Below are positions 41,148 through 51,274 of a DNA stretch of 64,000 nucleotides, in pieces. A program made the position numbers and the translations under genes. Below the pieces are notes generated by a model. That model saw only the letters and a list, made by a program, of their open reading frames with translations. It made no database searches and was not told the origin of the DNA. How positions within the stretch are numbered: the stretch's first letter is position 1; each line of letters opens with the position of its first letter. Source of the DNA: Candidatus Dormiibacterota bacterium (GTDB taxonomy: Bacteria > Chloroflexota > Dormibacteria > Aeolococcales > Aeolococcaceae); NCBI GenBank assembly GCA_963768105.1, contig CAVYGR010000008.1, positions 163,569-227,568 on the forward strand, written 5' to 3'.

Positions 41148-42244
41148 CCACAGGCCGAACCAGCCCGCGCTTCGCCGCGGTGCTCTTCGCGCTGCTGCTG
41201 GCCGGATGCACGTCCACCCCCCGATCGGACGTCTCCGACCCTCCGGCCACCTCCGCCGGGGCGCCGACATCCACGGGAGCGCCGACCACCGGGACGACCG
41301 CGGGACCGAAGCCGCAGGTGATCACGTGCCTGCTCCCCGGGGAGGCCGCGGCCCTGCCCGCGCTGCCGGCCGGCGTCCCCTTCACCGGCCACCTGCTGAT
41401 CGCCGAAAGCAGCTACAAGTCCCGGATCCTCGAGATCAACGCCGCCGGCACCGTCACCTGGACGCAGCTCACGACCTCGCCCCCCCTGGCCCGGACCCTC
41501 GGGCCGCCCGACGACGCCTTCTACACGATGAACTGCCTCAGCATCGTCGCGAACTCCGAGGAGGGCCAGGGCGTCATCGCCATCGATCGCGCCAGTCACG
41601 CGGTCGTGTGGCAGCTCGGCACCTACCTGCGTCGCGGTGGCGGTCTCAGGCTGTTCAACAATCCCGACGATGCGGTCCCGGCCGCCGACGGCACCGTCTG
41701 GCTGGCCGACATCAACAACTGCCGCCTCCTCCACCTCAACGGCGCCACCGGCGCCGTGATCGCGGTCCTCGGCGCCCACGGCTGCCGGCACGATCCGCCC
41801 TCGCAGTTCACCGAGCCGAACGGCGCCTTCCCGACCCGCGACGGATCCCTGGTGACCACCGAGATCAGTGGTAGCTGGGTGAGCTGGCTCAACCCGAATG
41901 GGAGCCTGCGCTGGAGCCACCGCGTCCCCGCCGCGTATCCCTCCGACGCGATGGCGCTGCCCGACGGGTCGGTGCTGCTCACCGATTACTCCTCGCTCGG
42001 CGCTGTCATGCGCATCGCCGCGAACGGCACCGTGCTCTGGCGGTACGCACCGCGCGGCGTGGGGCAGCTCAACCATCCATCGATCGCCATCCCGCTCGCG
42101 CAGAATCGGGTCGCCATCTGCGATGACTTCGGCAACCGCATCATCATCGTGGATCCCACGACGTCGCGCGTCGTGTGGCAGTGGAGCGGCAACGTCGCGT
42201 ATCGCCTCGTTCGCCCCGACGGACTCGACTACCGACCGTCCTGA
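41144..42244 (+). CDS. Beta-propeller lipoprotein (NHL/arylsulfotransferase-like)
   Basis: LLAGC lipobox; PDDA, PSDA, LNHPS repeats; GxVxW motifs. Confidence 0.72.
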   Translation: MTTGRTSPRFAAVLFALLLAGCTSTPRSDVSDPPATSAGAPTSTGAPTTGTTAGPKPQVITCLLPGEAAALPALPAGVPFTGHLLIAESSYKSRILEINAAGTVTWTQLTTSPPLARTLGPPDDAFYTMNCLSIVANSEEGQGVIAIDRASHAVVWQLGTYLRRGGGLRLFNNPDDAVPAADGTVWLADINNCRLLHLNGATGAVIAVLGAHGCRHDPPSQFTEPNGAFPTRDGSLVTTEISGSWVSWLNPNGSLRWSHRVPAAYPSDAMALPDGSVLLTDYSSLGAVMRIAANGTVLWRYAPRGVGQLNHPSIAIPLAQNRVAICDDFGNRIIIVDPTTSRVVWQWSGNVAYRLVRPDGLDYRPS

Positions 42245-42314
42245 CGTCGCAGCGGTCGCAATCCGCGAGTTCATGGGATGATTTTCCAGCCACCGCGCAC
42301 AGCTGAGGATCCGT

Positions 42315-44528
42315 GTGGACGAATATCCCTGGGAAGAACGTCGCCGTCTGGGCCGGCCGTCGCGCGTCACCGTGCAGCGCGGTCCTGCACCCATCTCCAT
42401 CAACCACGGATCGACGTTCCTGGTCTGCGCAGGGGACAGCTCCATCGAATCGTCGGGAGGACAGGGGCAGGGACTGTTCGCCGAGGACACGCGCTTCCTC
42501 TCGAGGCATCAGCTCCGCCTGAACGGTCAGCCGCTGCGCGTACTCGCCTCGAGCCGCCTCTCGTACGACCATGCGCGGTGGACGCTGCTCGCGGGCGAGC
42601 TGGCGTCGGTGACCGACGAGGTGTACGACGGCACGGTCAGCATCACGCTGGATCGCGTGGTGAGCGCGCAGCGTCTCCACGAGGACATCAGCGTCGAGGC
42701 CTATGGCGCCCTGCCGGTGACGCTGCTTTTGCAGGTGCTCATCGCCAGCGACTTCGCCGATCTCTTCGAGGTGCGCACCGAGCGATGGCAGCGCCGCACC
42801 GAGCTGACCACGCGCTGGCAGGCGCGGCAGCTCGAAAGCCGTTACGAGCGCGGCGCATTCACGCGCCGCTGCCTGGTGCGATCCGACAGCGACCACCCGG
42901 CCACCTATGCCAACGGCGAGCTGCACTTCCCCATCGATCTGAAGCCCGGGGAGCGCTGGCGAACGTGCCTGCAGTACGACCTCATCACCACGCGGGACGC
43001 GCGGCCGCACTTCACCTCGTGCCCGACGCAGACGGAGCGCCCGGATCCGTCCGACGCGCTCCGTCGCCGCTGGCATCGCACCGTCTCGCGCGTGGTCCCC
43101 GCCGATCTGCGCCTGCTCCGGGCCTACGAACAGGCGGTGGAGGACTTCGCGGCGCTGCGCCTGTACGACTTCGACTTCTCGCAGGACGTCTGGTTGCCGG
43201 CCGCCGGGATCCCCTGGTTCGTCGCCGTCTTCGGGCGCGACTCGCTGATCGCGTCGATGCAGGCGCTCCCGGTGCATCCGCTCTTCGCGATGGGCACGCT
43301 GCAGACGCTGAAGATGTGGCAGGCGGTCGACGACGACCCGGAACGCGACGCCGAGCCCGGCAAGATCTGCCATGAGATGCGAGTCGGCGAGTGGGCGCAG
43401 TTCCACACCATCCCCCACTCCCCGTACTACGGCACCGCCGACGCGACGCCGCTGTATCTGCTGTTGCTGGCAGAAACCCACCGGTGGCTCGGCGATGCCG
43501 AGGTGCTGCATCCCTTCCGAGACGCCGCCGAGCGCTGCCTAGCGTGGATCGACCGGTACGGCGACTCCGACGGCGACGGCTTCCAGGAATACGCACCGCG
43601 GACCAGCGCCGGTTATCGCAACCAATCCTGGCGTGACGCCGAGGACGGGGTGCTGGACGAACAGGGTGGGTTCCCGCCCCATCCCATCGGCACGTGCGAG
43701 CTCCAGGCGTACGTGTGCGCGGCCAAGCGCGAGGTGGCGGATCTCTTCGAGGCGTGGGGCGACGGCGCTCGCGCGAAGGAGCTGCGCGCCCAGGCCGAGA
43801 CGCTGCGCCGCCATTTCGTGGACGCGTTCTGGGTGCCGGCCGAGGGCACGGTGGCCTTCGCGCTCGACGGCGAGAAGCGGGCGGTGCGCACCGCGACGTC
43901 CAACCCCGGGCACGTCCTCTGGCTGGGCATGCTCGACGAATCGCGCGGGCGTCGCGTCGCCGACCGGCTGATGGAGCCCGACCTCTTCAGCGGTTGGGGG
44001 CTGCGCACCCTCTCGACCGGTCACCCCGCATACGATCCCCACTCCTACCAGCGCGGCTCGGTCTGGCCGCACGACACCATCATCGCCGCGGACGGCCTGC
44101 GCCGATACGGACGCACCGAGAATTCCTGGCGCCTCATCGAGGGCATGCTCGCCGCGGTCAGCTCGTTCGAGGATGTGCAGATGCCGGAGCTCTTCGCCGG
44201 GCTGCCCCGCCGTCACCCCGACGTGCCGGTCCCCTATCAGCAGGCCAACGTGCCCCAGGCCTGGGCGGCGGGGAGCATCTTCCACGCGGTGCGCATCCTC
44301 CTCGGGCTCGAGCCCGATGCGCCATCGCGGCGCCTCTATCTCGACCCCGCTCTGCCGCCGTGGTGCCCCGAGCTGACGGTGCAGAACCTGCGCTTCGGAG
44401 GTCAGCGCCTCGCCGTCACCGCCACGCGCCGTGCCGACGGCTCATGCGACGTCAGCGTCAGCGGACACAGCGGCGACGTCAGCATCGTTCGCGGCCGTCC
44501 GCCCTGGCGGGAATTGCCCGCCGACTGA
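42315..44528 (+). CDS. Amylo-alpha-1,6-glucosidase / glycogen debranching enzyme
   Basis: DTRFLS, AGIPWF..FGRDSL, EPGKICHE, YQRGSVWPHD, PELF, PQAWAAG. Confidence 0.92.
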   Translation: MDEYPWEERRRLGRPSRVTVQRGPAPISINHGSTFLVCAGDSSIESSGGQGQGLFAEDTRFLSRHQLRLNGQPLRVLASSRLSYDHARWTLLAGELASVTDEVYDGTVSITLDRVVSAQRLHEDISVEAYGALPVTLLLQVLIASDFADLFEVRTERWQRRTELTTRWQARQLESRYERGAFTRRCLVRSDSDHPATYANGELHFPIDLKPGERWRTCLQYDLITTRDARPHFTSCPTQTERPDPSDALRRRWHRTVSRVVPADLRLLRAYEQAVEDFAALRLYDFDFSQDVWLPAAGIPWFVAVFGRDSLIASMQALPVHPLFAMGTLQTLKMWQAVDDDPERDAEPGKICHEMRVGEWAQFHTIPHSPYYGTADATPLYLLLLAETHRWLGDAEVLHPFRDAAERCLAWIDRYGDSDGDGFQEYAPRTSAGYRNQSWRDAEDGVLDEQGGFPPHPIGTCELQAYVCAAKREVADLFEAWGDGARAKELRAQAETLRRHFVDAFWVPAEGTVAFALDGEKRAVRTATSNPGHVLWLGMLDESRGRRVADRLMEPDLFSGWGLRTLSTGHPAYDPHSYQRGSVWPHDTIIAADGLRRYGRTENSWRLIEGMLAAVSSFEDVQMPELFAGLPRRHPDVPVPYQQANVPQAWAAGSIFHAVRILLGLEPDAPSRRLYLDPALPPWCPELTVQNLRFGGQRLAVTATRRADGSCDVSVSGHSGDVSIVRGRPPWRELPAD

Positions 44529-45683
44529 CAGGCGCAGCGCCTGTCCCCTTCCTGGCAGCGTCCGCGTGCCGGCACCGGCGATGGCATCGTCGTAGATGCG
44601 CTGATATCCCGTGGCCATCGCCCGGGGGCTGAAGCGGGCGCGAGCCCGCGCTGCGCAGCGCGCCCGATCGATGTCACCGGCGTGGCGCACCGCGCCGACC
44701 ATCCCGTCGACGTCGTCCACCAGGAACCCCGTCGCCGCTTCCTCGATGAGTTCCGGCGCGGCGCCGCGGGCAAAGCTGATGGCGGGCGTGCCGCTCACCA
44801 TCGCCTCGACCACCGACAGGCCGAAGGGCTCGTCCCACTGGATCGGCGCCAGCAGCGCGGTGGCGCGCGCCAGCAGCCGCGCTTTCTCGACGCCGGCGAC
44901 GTTGGGGATGTGGCTCACGTTCGAGCCGTCGGGTGCCGGCTGCACCTGCTGTTCGAAGTACCGCCGGGACTCGGGCGTGCCGTCGACCTTGCCCGCGAGG
45001 ATCAAGCGCATGCCGGTGCGACGCGCAACGTCGATGGCGATGTGCTGCCCCTTGTCGGGGCAGATCCGCGCGAGGCAGAGCAGGTACGGGTCGCTCGCGG
45101 CACCACCGCCGTCGACAGCGAGTTCGTCGATGGCGACGGCGTTCGCAACAGTGCCAACCCAGGGCAGCTGCGGGCGCGGCCGCTTCTGACTCTCGCTGAT
45201 CGACACCAGCCGGAGCTGCTCCCCCAGCGCCGCATAAAAATCGGCCGTGGCCGGATGCACGACGCCGTGCTCGGTGTGCACCACGGGGGCGACGCCGGCC
45301 TGCAGACACCCGGCCAACGTTGCGAAGCCGACGTGGTCGTGGATCACGTCGACGTCGTTGAGTTGACGGATGGCGCGCACGACGTTGGCCGCGTAGGCAA
45401 GCTCGCGGGGACGCTCCTCGTACTGCCCCAATGCGGAACGCCAGTGCGCGGGCGCACAGACGACCGCGTCGAGCCCCGACCCTTCGGCAGCGATCAACGT
45501 CACGTGCTGGCCCTGCCGGCGCAGCTCCTCCGCCAGCAACGCGACCACGTTTTCGATCCCGCCATAACCGCGCGGCGGCACCGGGTACCACGGCGGCGCC
45601 ACCAACACCACATGACGGCGATGCGAGGCGAACACCGGCTGGGCTGATGAGGGGAGAGCGTGCGGGCGCTGGCCGGTGACCAT
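44442..45683 (-). CDS. Glycosyltransferase family 4
   Basis: PVPPRGYGGIE, RICPDKG, WDEPFGLSVVEAM..GTP. Confidence 0.92.
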   Translation of the reverse strand: MVTGQRPHALPSSAQPVFASHRRHVVLVAPPWYPVPPRGYGGIENVVALLAEELRRQGQHVTLIAAEGSGLDAVVCAPAHWRSALGQYEERPRELAYAANVVRAIRQLNDVDVIHDHVGFATLAGCLQAGVAPVVHTEHGVVHPATADFYAALGEQLRLVSISESQKRPRPQLPWVGTVANAVAIDELAVDGGGAASDPYLLCLARICPDKGQHIAIDVARRTGMRLILAGKVDGTPESRRYFEQQVQPAPDGSNVSHIPNVAGVEKARLLARATALLAPIQWDEPFGLSVVEAMVSGTPAISFARGAAPELIEEAATGFLVDDVDGMVGAVRHAGDIDRARCAARARARFSPRAMATGYQRIYDDAIAGAGTRTLPGRGQALRLSVGGQFPPGRTAANDADVAAVSADADVA

Positions 45684-45950
45684 CGTTCATATTGTGCAGA
45701 CGCGGACCGTTGCGCGTCGAGCAATATTGCGATCGCTAAAAACAATCGCCGCAATCGTGCGGGGTTTCTGCCAGTTCGGCGGAGATCTGCCGATTCTGTG
45801 TCGCCACCGGCCGCAGCGCGTCTGGTGGGGTCGGCGCGGTACTGCACCGTCTAGATCAGCGTTTGACGGCGGTCACAGCCCCATAACAGGGGTGTGGTGT
45901 TTCTGCCGATACCACCTCGGGCACCGATGTCAGGCGCCTAGGATGGCCTC

Positions 45951-46181
45951 GTGAACACCGCACAGCCCCAGACGATGGCTGCTCCCGTCATGCGCGCCTG
46001 GTTTGCCCTCTCCGCGTCCGAGGAGGCCGTCGCCGCGATCAATCGCCACTATCGCGTGCCCGCTGACAACGTCCTCCCGCCAACACGGCTGCTGGCCGAG
46101 TGGCGCGAAGCCGGACACCCAGACCCGGACGGCTGGATCCAGGAAAAGGTGCACGAGATCCGCGAGGACCAGGCCGCCTAG
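45951..46181 (+). CDS. Small hypothetical protein
   Basis: 76 aa ORF with AGGA upstream and coding-like composition. Confidence 0.5.
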   Translation: MNTAQPQTMAAPVMRAWFALSASEEAVAAINRHYRVPADNVLPPTRLLAEWREAGHPDPDGWIQEKVHEIREDQAA

Positions 46182-46229
46182 AACCGTCTGGGTTGCCGCC
46201 TTCGGTGAGCCGGCTCGGAGCACACCCTG

Positions 46230-47060
46230 AGGACTCAAGGGTGTGTAGATGTACCCGTGGTCGGTGTTGGTGCTGTCGTGGTAGTCGCCGACGATACGCC
46301 CGGCGTCATTGACCCCCTGGGCGGTGGTGCCCATCGTTCCGCTCGGGTCATCGAGGGTCGCGAACACTCCGTTCTTATAAGTCATGCCGTGGTTCAGGTT
46401 GGCGCCGTCGGTGTAGGTGCCGACGATCAGGCCGCTGCGATTGATCTCGAAGGTGAAGGTCCCCTGGAAGGCGGCGCTGCCGGCACTCGGGTCGTTGAGC
46501 ACCTTGTATGTCCCCGACTTGAGCGTGAAGCCATGGGTGACGTCGGCGCTGTCGGTGTACGTCCCCACGAACAGGCCGCTTGCGTTCACACCATCCAGGA
46601 CGGTGCCCTGGCCTGATGCGGTGCCGGCTCCGGGGTTGTCGACGGTCGTGAAGTGTCCGCTGTGGTCCAGGAAACCGTGGGTGACACCCGCGGCATCGAT
46701 GTACTCGCCCAGGAAGGTGCCGCTCGACGTCATGTCGTAGCTGATGGTCCCCTGGAAACTCCCCGTGCCCGCGCTGGGATCGTCGATGGTCGTGAACTTC
46801 CCGGCTCGATAGACGAATCCGTGATAGGAGTTGCCGCTGTCGACGTACCAACCGACAACGGTCGTGTTGCGCAAGACGTTGCTGTCATCACCCGTGTCCT
46901 TGGGCGTGATCGGAGAGGTGCCTTGCCCTGGCCCGGTGCCGGCATTGGGGTCGTTGAGCAACGTGAAGGTCCCGTTGTGGTACAGCGCCCCAAATTGCGA
47001 CCCGGAGCCGCTGGTGTAGTTGACGGCGATGACGTTGTCCTCGTCGATCCCGGCGGGCAG
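46230..47060 (-). pseudogene. 5'-truncated secreted repeat protein (HGF...DP.AG...GT repeats)
   Basis: About 5 repeats GxYxDxxxxxHGFxxxxGxFxxxDDP; no start or signal peptide before the divergent hydrolase. Confidence 0.6.
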
Positions 47061-47113
47061 CGGACGGCGGCTTCCTGGATCCGGCTGGCTGGCTGCAGGA
47101 GACGGCCGCCGCG

Positions 47114-48001
47114 ATGGGTAGCATGCTGGCGATGTTCGACGGCTTCGATGTCCTCGACGTGCCCACCGCTTCCGCCACCATCCATGCCCGCGCCGGGGGT
47201 CAGGGCTCGCCGGTGCTGCTGCTCCACGGCCATCCCCGCACCCACGCGACATGGCATCGGGTCGCGCCATTGCTCGCCGAACGACATGCGGTCGTCTGCG
47301 CCGACCTGCGCGGTTACGGCCACTCCTCCACCCCGGTCCCCGCAACCGACCACACCACCTACAGCAAACGCGCGATGGCCGGTGACTGTGTCGAGCTGAT
47401 GCGCGCGCTCGGTCATGAGCGTTTCGCGGTGGTCGGCCACGACCGTGGCAGTTACGTCGCCTTTCGACTCGCAATGGATCACCCGGAGGTGGTGAGGTCG
47501 CTCGTGGTCATGGACAGCGTCCCCATCGGCGAGGCACTCCGCCGCTGCGACGCCCGCTTCGCGCAACTGTGGTGGCACTGGTTCTTCCTCGGCAACCCGG
47601 CCGCGGCAGCGGAACGCGTGATCAATCTCGATCCAGACGCCTGGTATCACAGCGATGCGCAGCGCCGCCGCATGGGCGACGACGGCGCCTGGAACGATTT
47701 CCATGACGCGATCCACAACCCGGACGTGGTGCGGGCGATGTGCGAGGACTATCGTGCGGGGCTCACCGTCGACCGCCAGCACGACGATGAGGATCAGGCC
47801 AATGGCCGCCGGATCACCTGTCCGGTGCTGGTGCTCTGGTCAACGCGCGATGACATGGAGACGCTCTACGGCAACCCGGTCGTGGTGTGGCAGTCCTGGG
47901 CGGACGACGTGCGCGGTCACGCCATCGCATCCGGTCACCACATGGCCGAGGAGGCGCCGCAGGAGGTCGCGGCATCGCTGCTGGCGTTCCTCGACGAGTG
48001 A
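47114..48001 (+). CDS. Alpha/beta hydrolase, fluoroacetate dehalogenase-like
   Basis: LLHGHP, DLRGYG, YSKRAMA, GHDRG nucleophile, WHWFF, GHHMAEE. Confidence 0.9.
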   Translation: MGSMLAMFDGFDVLDVPTASATIHARAGGQGSPVLLLHGHPRTHATWHRVAPLLAERHAVVCADLRGYGHSSTPVPATDHTTYSKRAMAGDCVELMRALGHERFAVVGHDRGSYVAFRLAMDHPEVVRSLVVMDSVPIGEALRRCDARFAQLWWHWFFLGNPAAAAERVINLDPDAWYHSDAQRRRMGDDGAWNDFHDAIHNPDVVRAMCEDYRAGLTVDRQHDDEDQANGRRITCPVLVLWSTRDDMETLYGNPVVVWQSWADDVRGHAIASGHHMAEEAPQEVAASLLAFLDE

Positions 48002-48037
48002 GCGGCCGCGCTCGCTGCAGACTGACATTCGTAAGGA

Positions 48038-49468
48038 TCAGCGAGCGGTCAGGTCGAGCGTCCAGCCCCGCGGGTTGATGGGAATCACCACGACGGTCCC
48101 CTTCTTGGCCGTGTCCAGCCGGCTCACCTGCGCGCCCCAGTGTTCTTCCAGATACGGAGGATAGGTCCAGTCGACGCGCACGCCGATGAGCACGCTGCTC
48201 ACCAGCACCGCGGCGGCGGCGACGGCAACGATGCGACCGGTCCACACACGTCGCCCCGCGGTCTGATTCGAAGTGAGCGCGGCGCGTGTATCCCGGTGTC
48301 GAACCTGCTCCAACCACGGACCGCCGTAGCGCACCACCAGCCACCCCAGTGAGATGGCGAAAGCGAGCAGTGGAAAGAGGAAATACCTGATCCCGCCCGG
48401 GTGGAAATTGACGATGTCGGCGGGGTTGCCGAGGCTCGGCCAGCGCGCACCAGCGATCGACGGCGCGGCGATGGCCAGCAGGAATTCGACCAGGGCGAAG
48501 AAACAAAACGCGCGCAGGATGGCCGGTCCTCGCCACGCGGCCCACCCGCACACCGCAAACGGGATGACCGCCAGCACCGTGAGCGCACCCCCGTTGGTGG
48601 CGATCCACGAGCCCTGGATCTGGGTGAGACCGTGCGCGCCGACAATCAGGCCAAGCGTCACCTGCCGGCCGATCATGCGGACCAGCGGATAGACGCCGGC
48701 GGCGAGCGGGCCGGCGACACGTTCGGCGCCGAACCGGTCGATGATCACGAGGACCTGGATGACGGCGCACGCGGTGTTCGCGATCAGCAGGTTTCTGAGC
48801 CGGCGGTCGTCACGCTGCCGGCGCCACCGCCAGAACATGATCGGCTCGAGCAGGACGCAATAGGGGCCGGTCAGGCCGCTGCCGAGGATGATCAGGCCGT
48901 CGAGAATATGGCCGACCTTCCGGGGCGGTGGATCGGACAACATCACCACGAAGGCGATGAGTTCCAGGTGCCACTGCGCGTTGGTGAGGTTGCCCGCGGT
49001 GTCGTAGGCGTTGGGCAGCGCGATCACCAGCAGCGCGATCGCAACCCGGACCGGGACGCTGGGGATGGCTGATCGCATCCGCGGTGACAGGAGGTAGCAG
49101 ATCCCGACCACCTCCACCGCCAGTGCCACCAGGTTGAAGAAGGTCGGCGCCGCGACGGTCGGGAGCAGCAGGGAGATCGACGCGCCCAGACGCTGCAGCA
49201 GGACCAGGTATCCCGCAGCCGGGTGGATCAATGACTTCAGGGGGCCGAGGCTGTAGGCGCTCTGATACCAGGTGCTGTCATCCGCGTAGAACTGCGCGTG
49301 GAAGAGCAGCGCGGGCATGTGCGAGAGCCAGAGCGCGGCGGTCAGGAGGGCGGCTGCGACGAGCCACCAGGCGGGGTGGCGTGACACGCGGGCTCGCCAC
49401 GTCGCTGCATCGCTGCGTGCCTCGCCGCGGCCCACCGTCGAGGCATGCAGAGCGGCGTCCTGGCCCAT
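48038..49468 (-). CDS. Polytopic membrane protein, GT-C/GtrII-like
   Basis: FYADDS, AGYLVLLQRL, NLTNAQWH, RYF, IPINPRGW. Confidence 0.65.
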   Translation of the reverse strand: MGQDAALHASTVGRGEARSDAATWRARVSRHPAWWLVAAALLTAALWLSHMPALLFHAQFYADDSTWYQSAYSLGPLKSLIHPAAGYLVLLQRLGASISLLLPTVAAPTFFNLVALAVEVVGICYLLSPRMRSAIPSVPVRVAIALLVIALPNAYDTAGNLTNAQWHLELIAFVVMLSDPPPRKVGHILDGLIILGSGLTGPYCVLLEPIMFWRWRRQRDDRRLRNLLIANTACAVIQVLVIIDRFGAERVAGPLAAGVYPLVRMIGRQVTLGLIVGAHGLTQIQGSWIATNGGALTVLAVIPFAVCGWAAWRGPAILRAFCFFALVEFLLAIAAPSIAGARWPSLGNPADIVNFHPGGIRYFLFPLLAFAISLGWLVVRYGGPWLEQVRHRDTRAALTSNQTAGRRVWTGRIVAVAAAAVLVSSVLIGVRVDWTYPPYLEEHWGAQVSRLDTAKKGTVVVIPINPRGWTLDLTAR

Positions 49469-49534
49469 CGCGGCGACAATAGCCGAGACCCGCGGCGTCA
49501 GGGCATAGTGCGGTTTGTGCTATCCCGCATTTGG

Positions 49535-50239
49535 ATGCGCGTGACCCGACGACGATCGTCGCGCACCTCAGGGCTCAACCCGAACGAGTCCCTGCCCCAG
49601 GAGGAGCCCAAGCGGCCGGCCTTCCGGGAACTGGTCGGAATGATCCAGGCCAACACCCTCCAGACGGCCATCCGACGTCAGCTCGATGAGATCGCGAAGC
49701 GGCAGCAGCCGTACCACGTTGCCTGGGTGGGTGCCCGGCTCAAGATCACGCCTCCGCGGCCCACCGGTGTGTCTGGTGTCCATTTGGGACTCCTGCGGCG
49801 AAGGTCATGGTCCTTCGCGCCGGGCAGTGCCGAAGTGGAAACGTCCTGGGGCTCACGGCGTTCGACGACGCGCTATGTCGTCACCGGCGTGGAGATCGCG
49901 CATGACGTCTGGACGGATGGCCGTGGCGCGACCGACCGCCTCAAGGTCACGGGCCCTCAATACCCGTCTACCACGGTGGTGGCTCTCCAGCACGACCATC
50001 TGAGCAACGCTCAGATTCCCCCGGGGAAGGACATCCGCTGGTGCGTCGCGCCCACGCTGACGGGCTCCGCTGCCGAACGCGGGCTGCCTCCCGGAGTTGG
50101 CGAGGCATATGAATCCGACACGATCCGGGCGATGGCGCCCGCGATCGTCGCGCTCAGTCGCCTGATCACCGACGCGACTCGCTGCCCGCTGGCGGTCGTG
50201 GTTGGGTCGTGCGCGGCTCCGAGCTCCGGCGCCGACTGA
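49535..50239 (+). CDS. Hypothetical protein
   Basis: Open frame filling the gap with plausible composition; no motif recognised. Confidence 0.5.
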   Translation: MRVTRRRSSRTSGLNPNESLPQEEPKRPAFRELVGMIQANTLQTAIRRQLDEIAKRQQPYHVAWVGARLKITPPRPTGVSGVHLGLLRRRSWSFAPGSAEVETSWGSRRSTTRYVVTGVEIAHDVWTDGRGATDRLKVTGPQYPSTTVVALQHDHLSNAQIPPGKDIRWCVAPTLTGSAAERGLPPGVGEAYESDTIRAMAPAIVALSRLITDATRCPLAVVVGSCAAPSSGAD

Positions 50240-50247
50240 AGAAGGCG

Positions 50248-51274
50248 TCAGGCTGCGGTGCGCGCTCGGCGGGACGCAGCTGCTCGCGCGGCCGCCCGCC
50301 GCTCCAGCCGTCGCCGATGTCGCGCGCGCAGCCGCCAACCGATGAGTGCCGCCAGGAGCGCACCGAGAATCACCAGCACCCACGGGCTGATCACCAGCAC
50401 GGTCTTGGTGCGCACGATCTGCAGCGTGCCGGTCCCGGTGCGGTCCGGGTAGGTGACGACGTCCCGCAGGGTGACCAAGTCGATCAGGAAAGCCGGCTGC
50501 GCGCTGACCGCGAACCATCGCGACCTTCCGATCGGAAGCAGTGACCTGCTGATGCGCTGCTGCGTCGGGGTTCCGGCTGATGGGCGCTGAGGTCACATCG
50601 TTCTCGCCGTAGAACAGCGCCGACGATGACCCGATGTTGTGGACGGTCAGCCTGCCGTCGACGTGGTCGCCGATGACGAGCGAGTTGATGTGGATCGGGC
50701 CCCAGTTGAAACCGATGGTGGTCAGCGTCTGCCGAGAGCGCCCGAACGCGCGGCCCGGGGACATTGATCGTCAGGAACGCTCCGATCTGATTGATGACCA
50801 CAACCTCGCCGCTCACCTGCGGCACCGGGCTCACCAGAAAACCGATGTAGTACAGATCGGGCCCGAGCTGGGCGGGCATGTGCACCGTGATCGAAAGGTC
50901 GACAAAGTGCTGCGCCGGTATGGTGATGTCGCCGCGAGGGAAGTCGGTCCGCCCCGCCCAGAGCGGGTCGGGTGTGCCGGTGAACGCGGTCGTTCCGTTG
51001 TCGCCGAGGGTGATCCCCTCACCTCGTCACCGTGACGGTGACCGGTGACGCACCCGGGTTCAGGACGCGAATGGGGATCGTCGCGGTCTCCCCCGGGGTC
51101 AGCGACACCGGGTCCGGGGGTACCGAAACGGCGATGGAGCGAGGGGCCATTCACGCCCGGGGTCGGCGAGCCCGGCAGACACGCCGAGTGGCACGATGAC
51201 GACGCCTGCCGCAATCGCGATGATGCCCGCCAGCCACCCCCTCCCAGCTACGCGGCCCGTGACTACCCCAGCAT
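50248..51274 (-). CDS. WxLIP/DUF916-like surface protein with C-terminal TM (multiply frameshifted)
   Basis: Fragments PGETATIPIRV, LGPDLYYIGFLV...INQIGAFLTINVPG, LTVHNIG, PWVLVILGALLAALIGWRLR; ATG overlaps upstream TGA. Confidence 0.6.

Noticed and set aside
39135-41270. 711-aa nitrilase fusion
   Set aside because: The N-terminal part is the antisense shadow of the 40131 lipoprotein; the nitrilase starts at 40094
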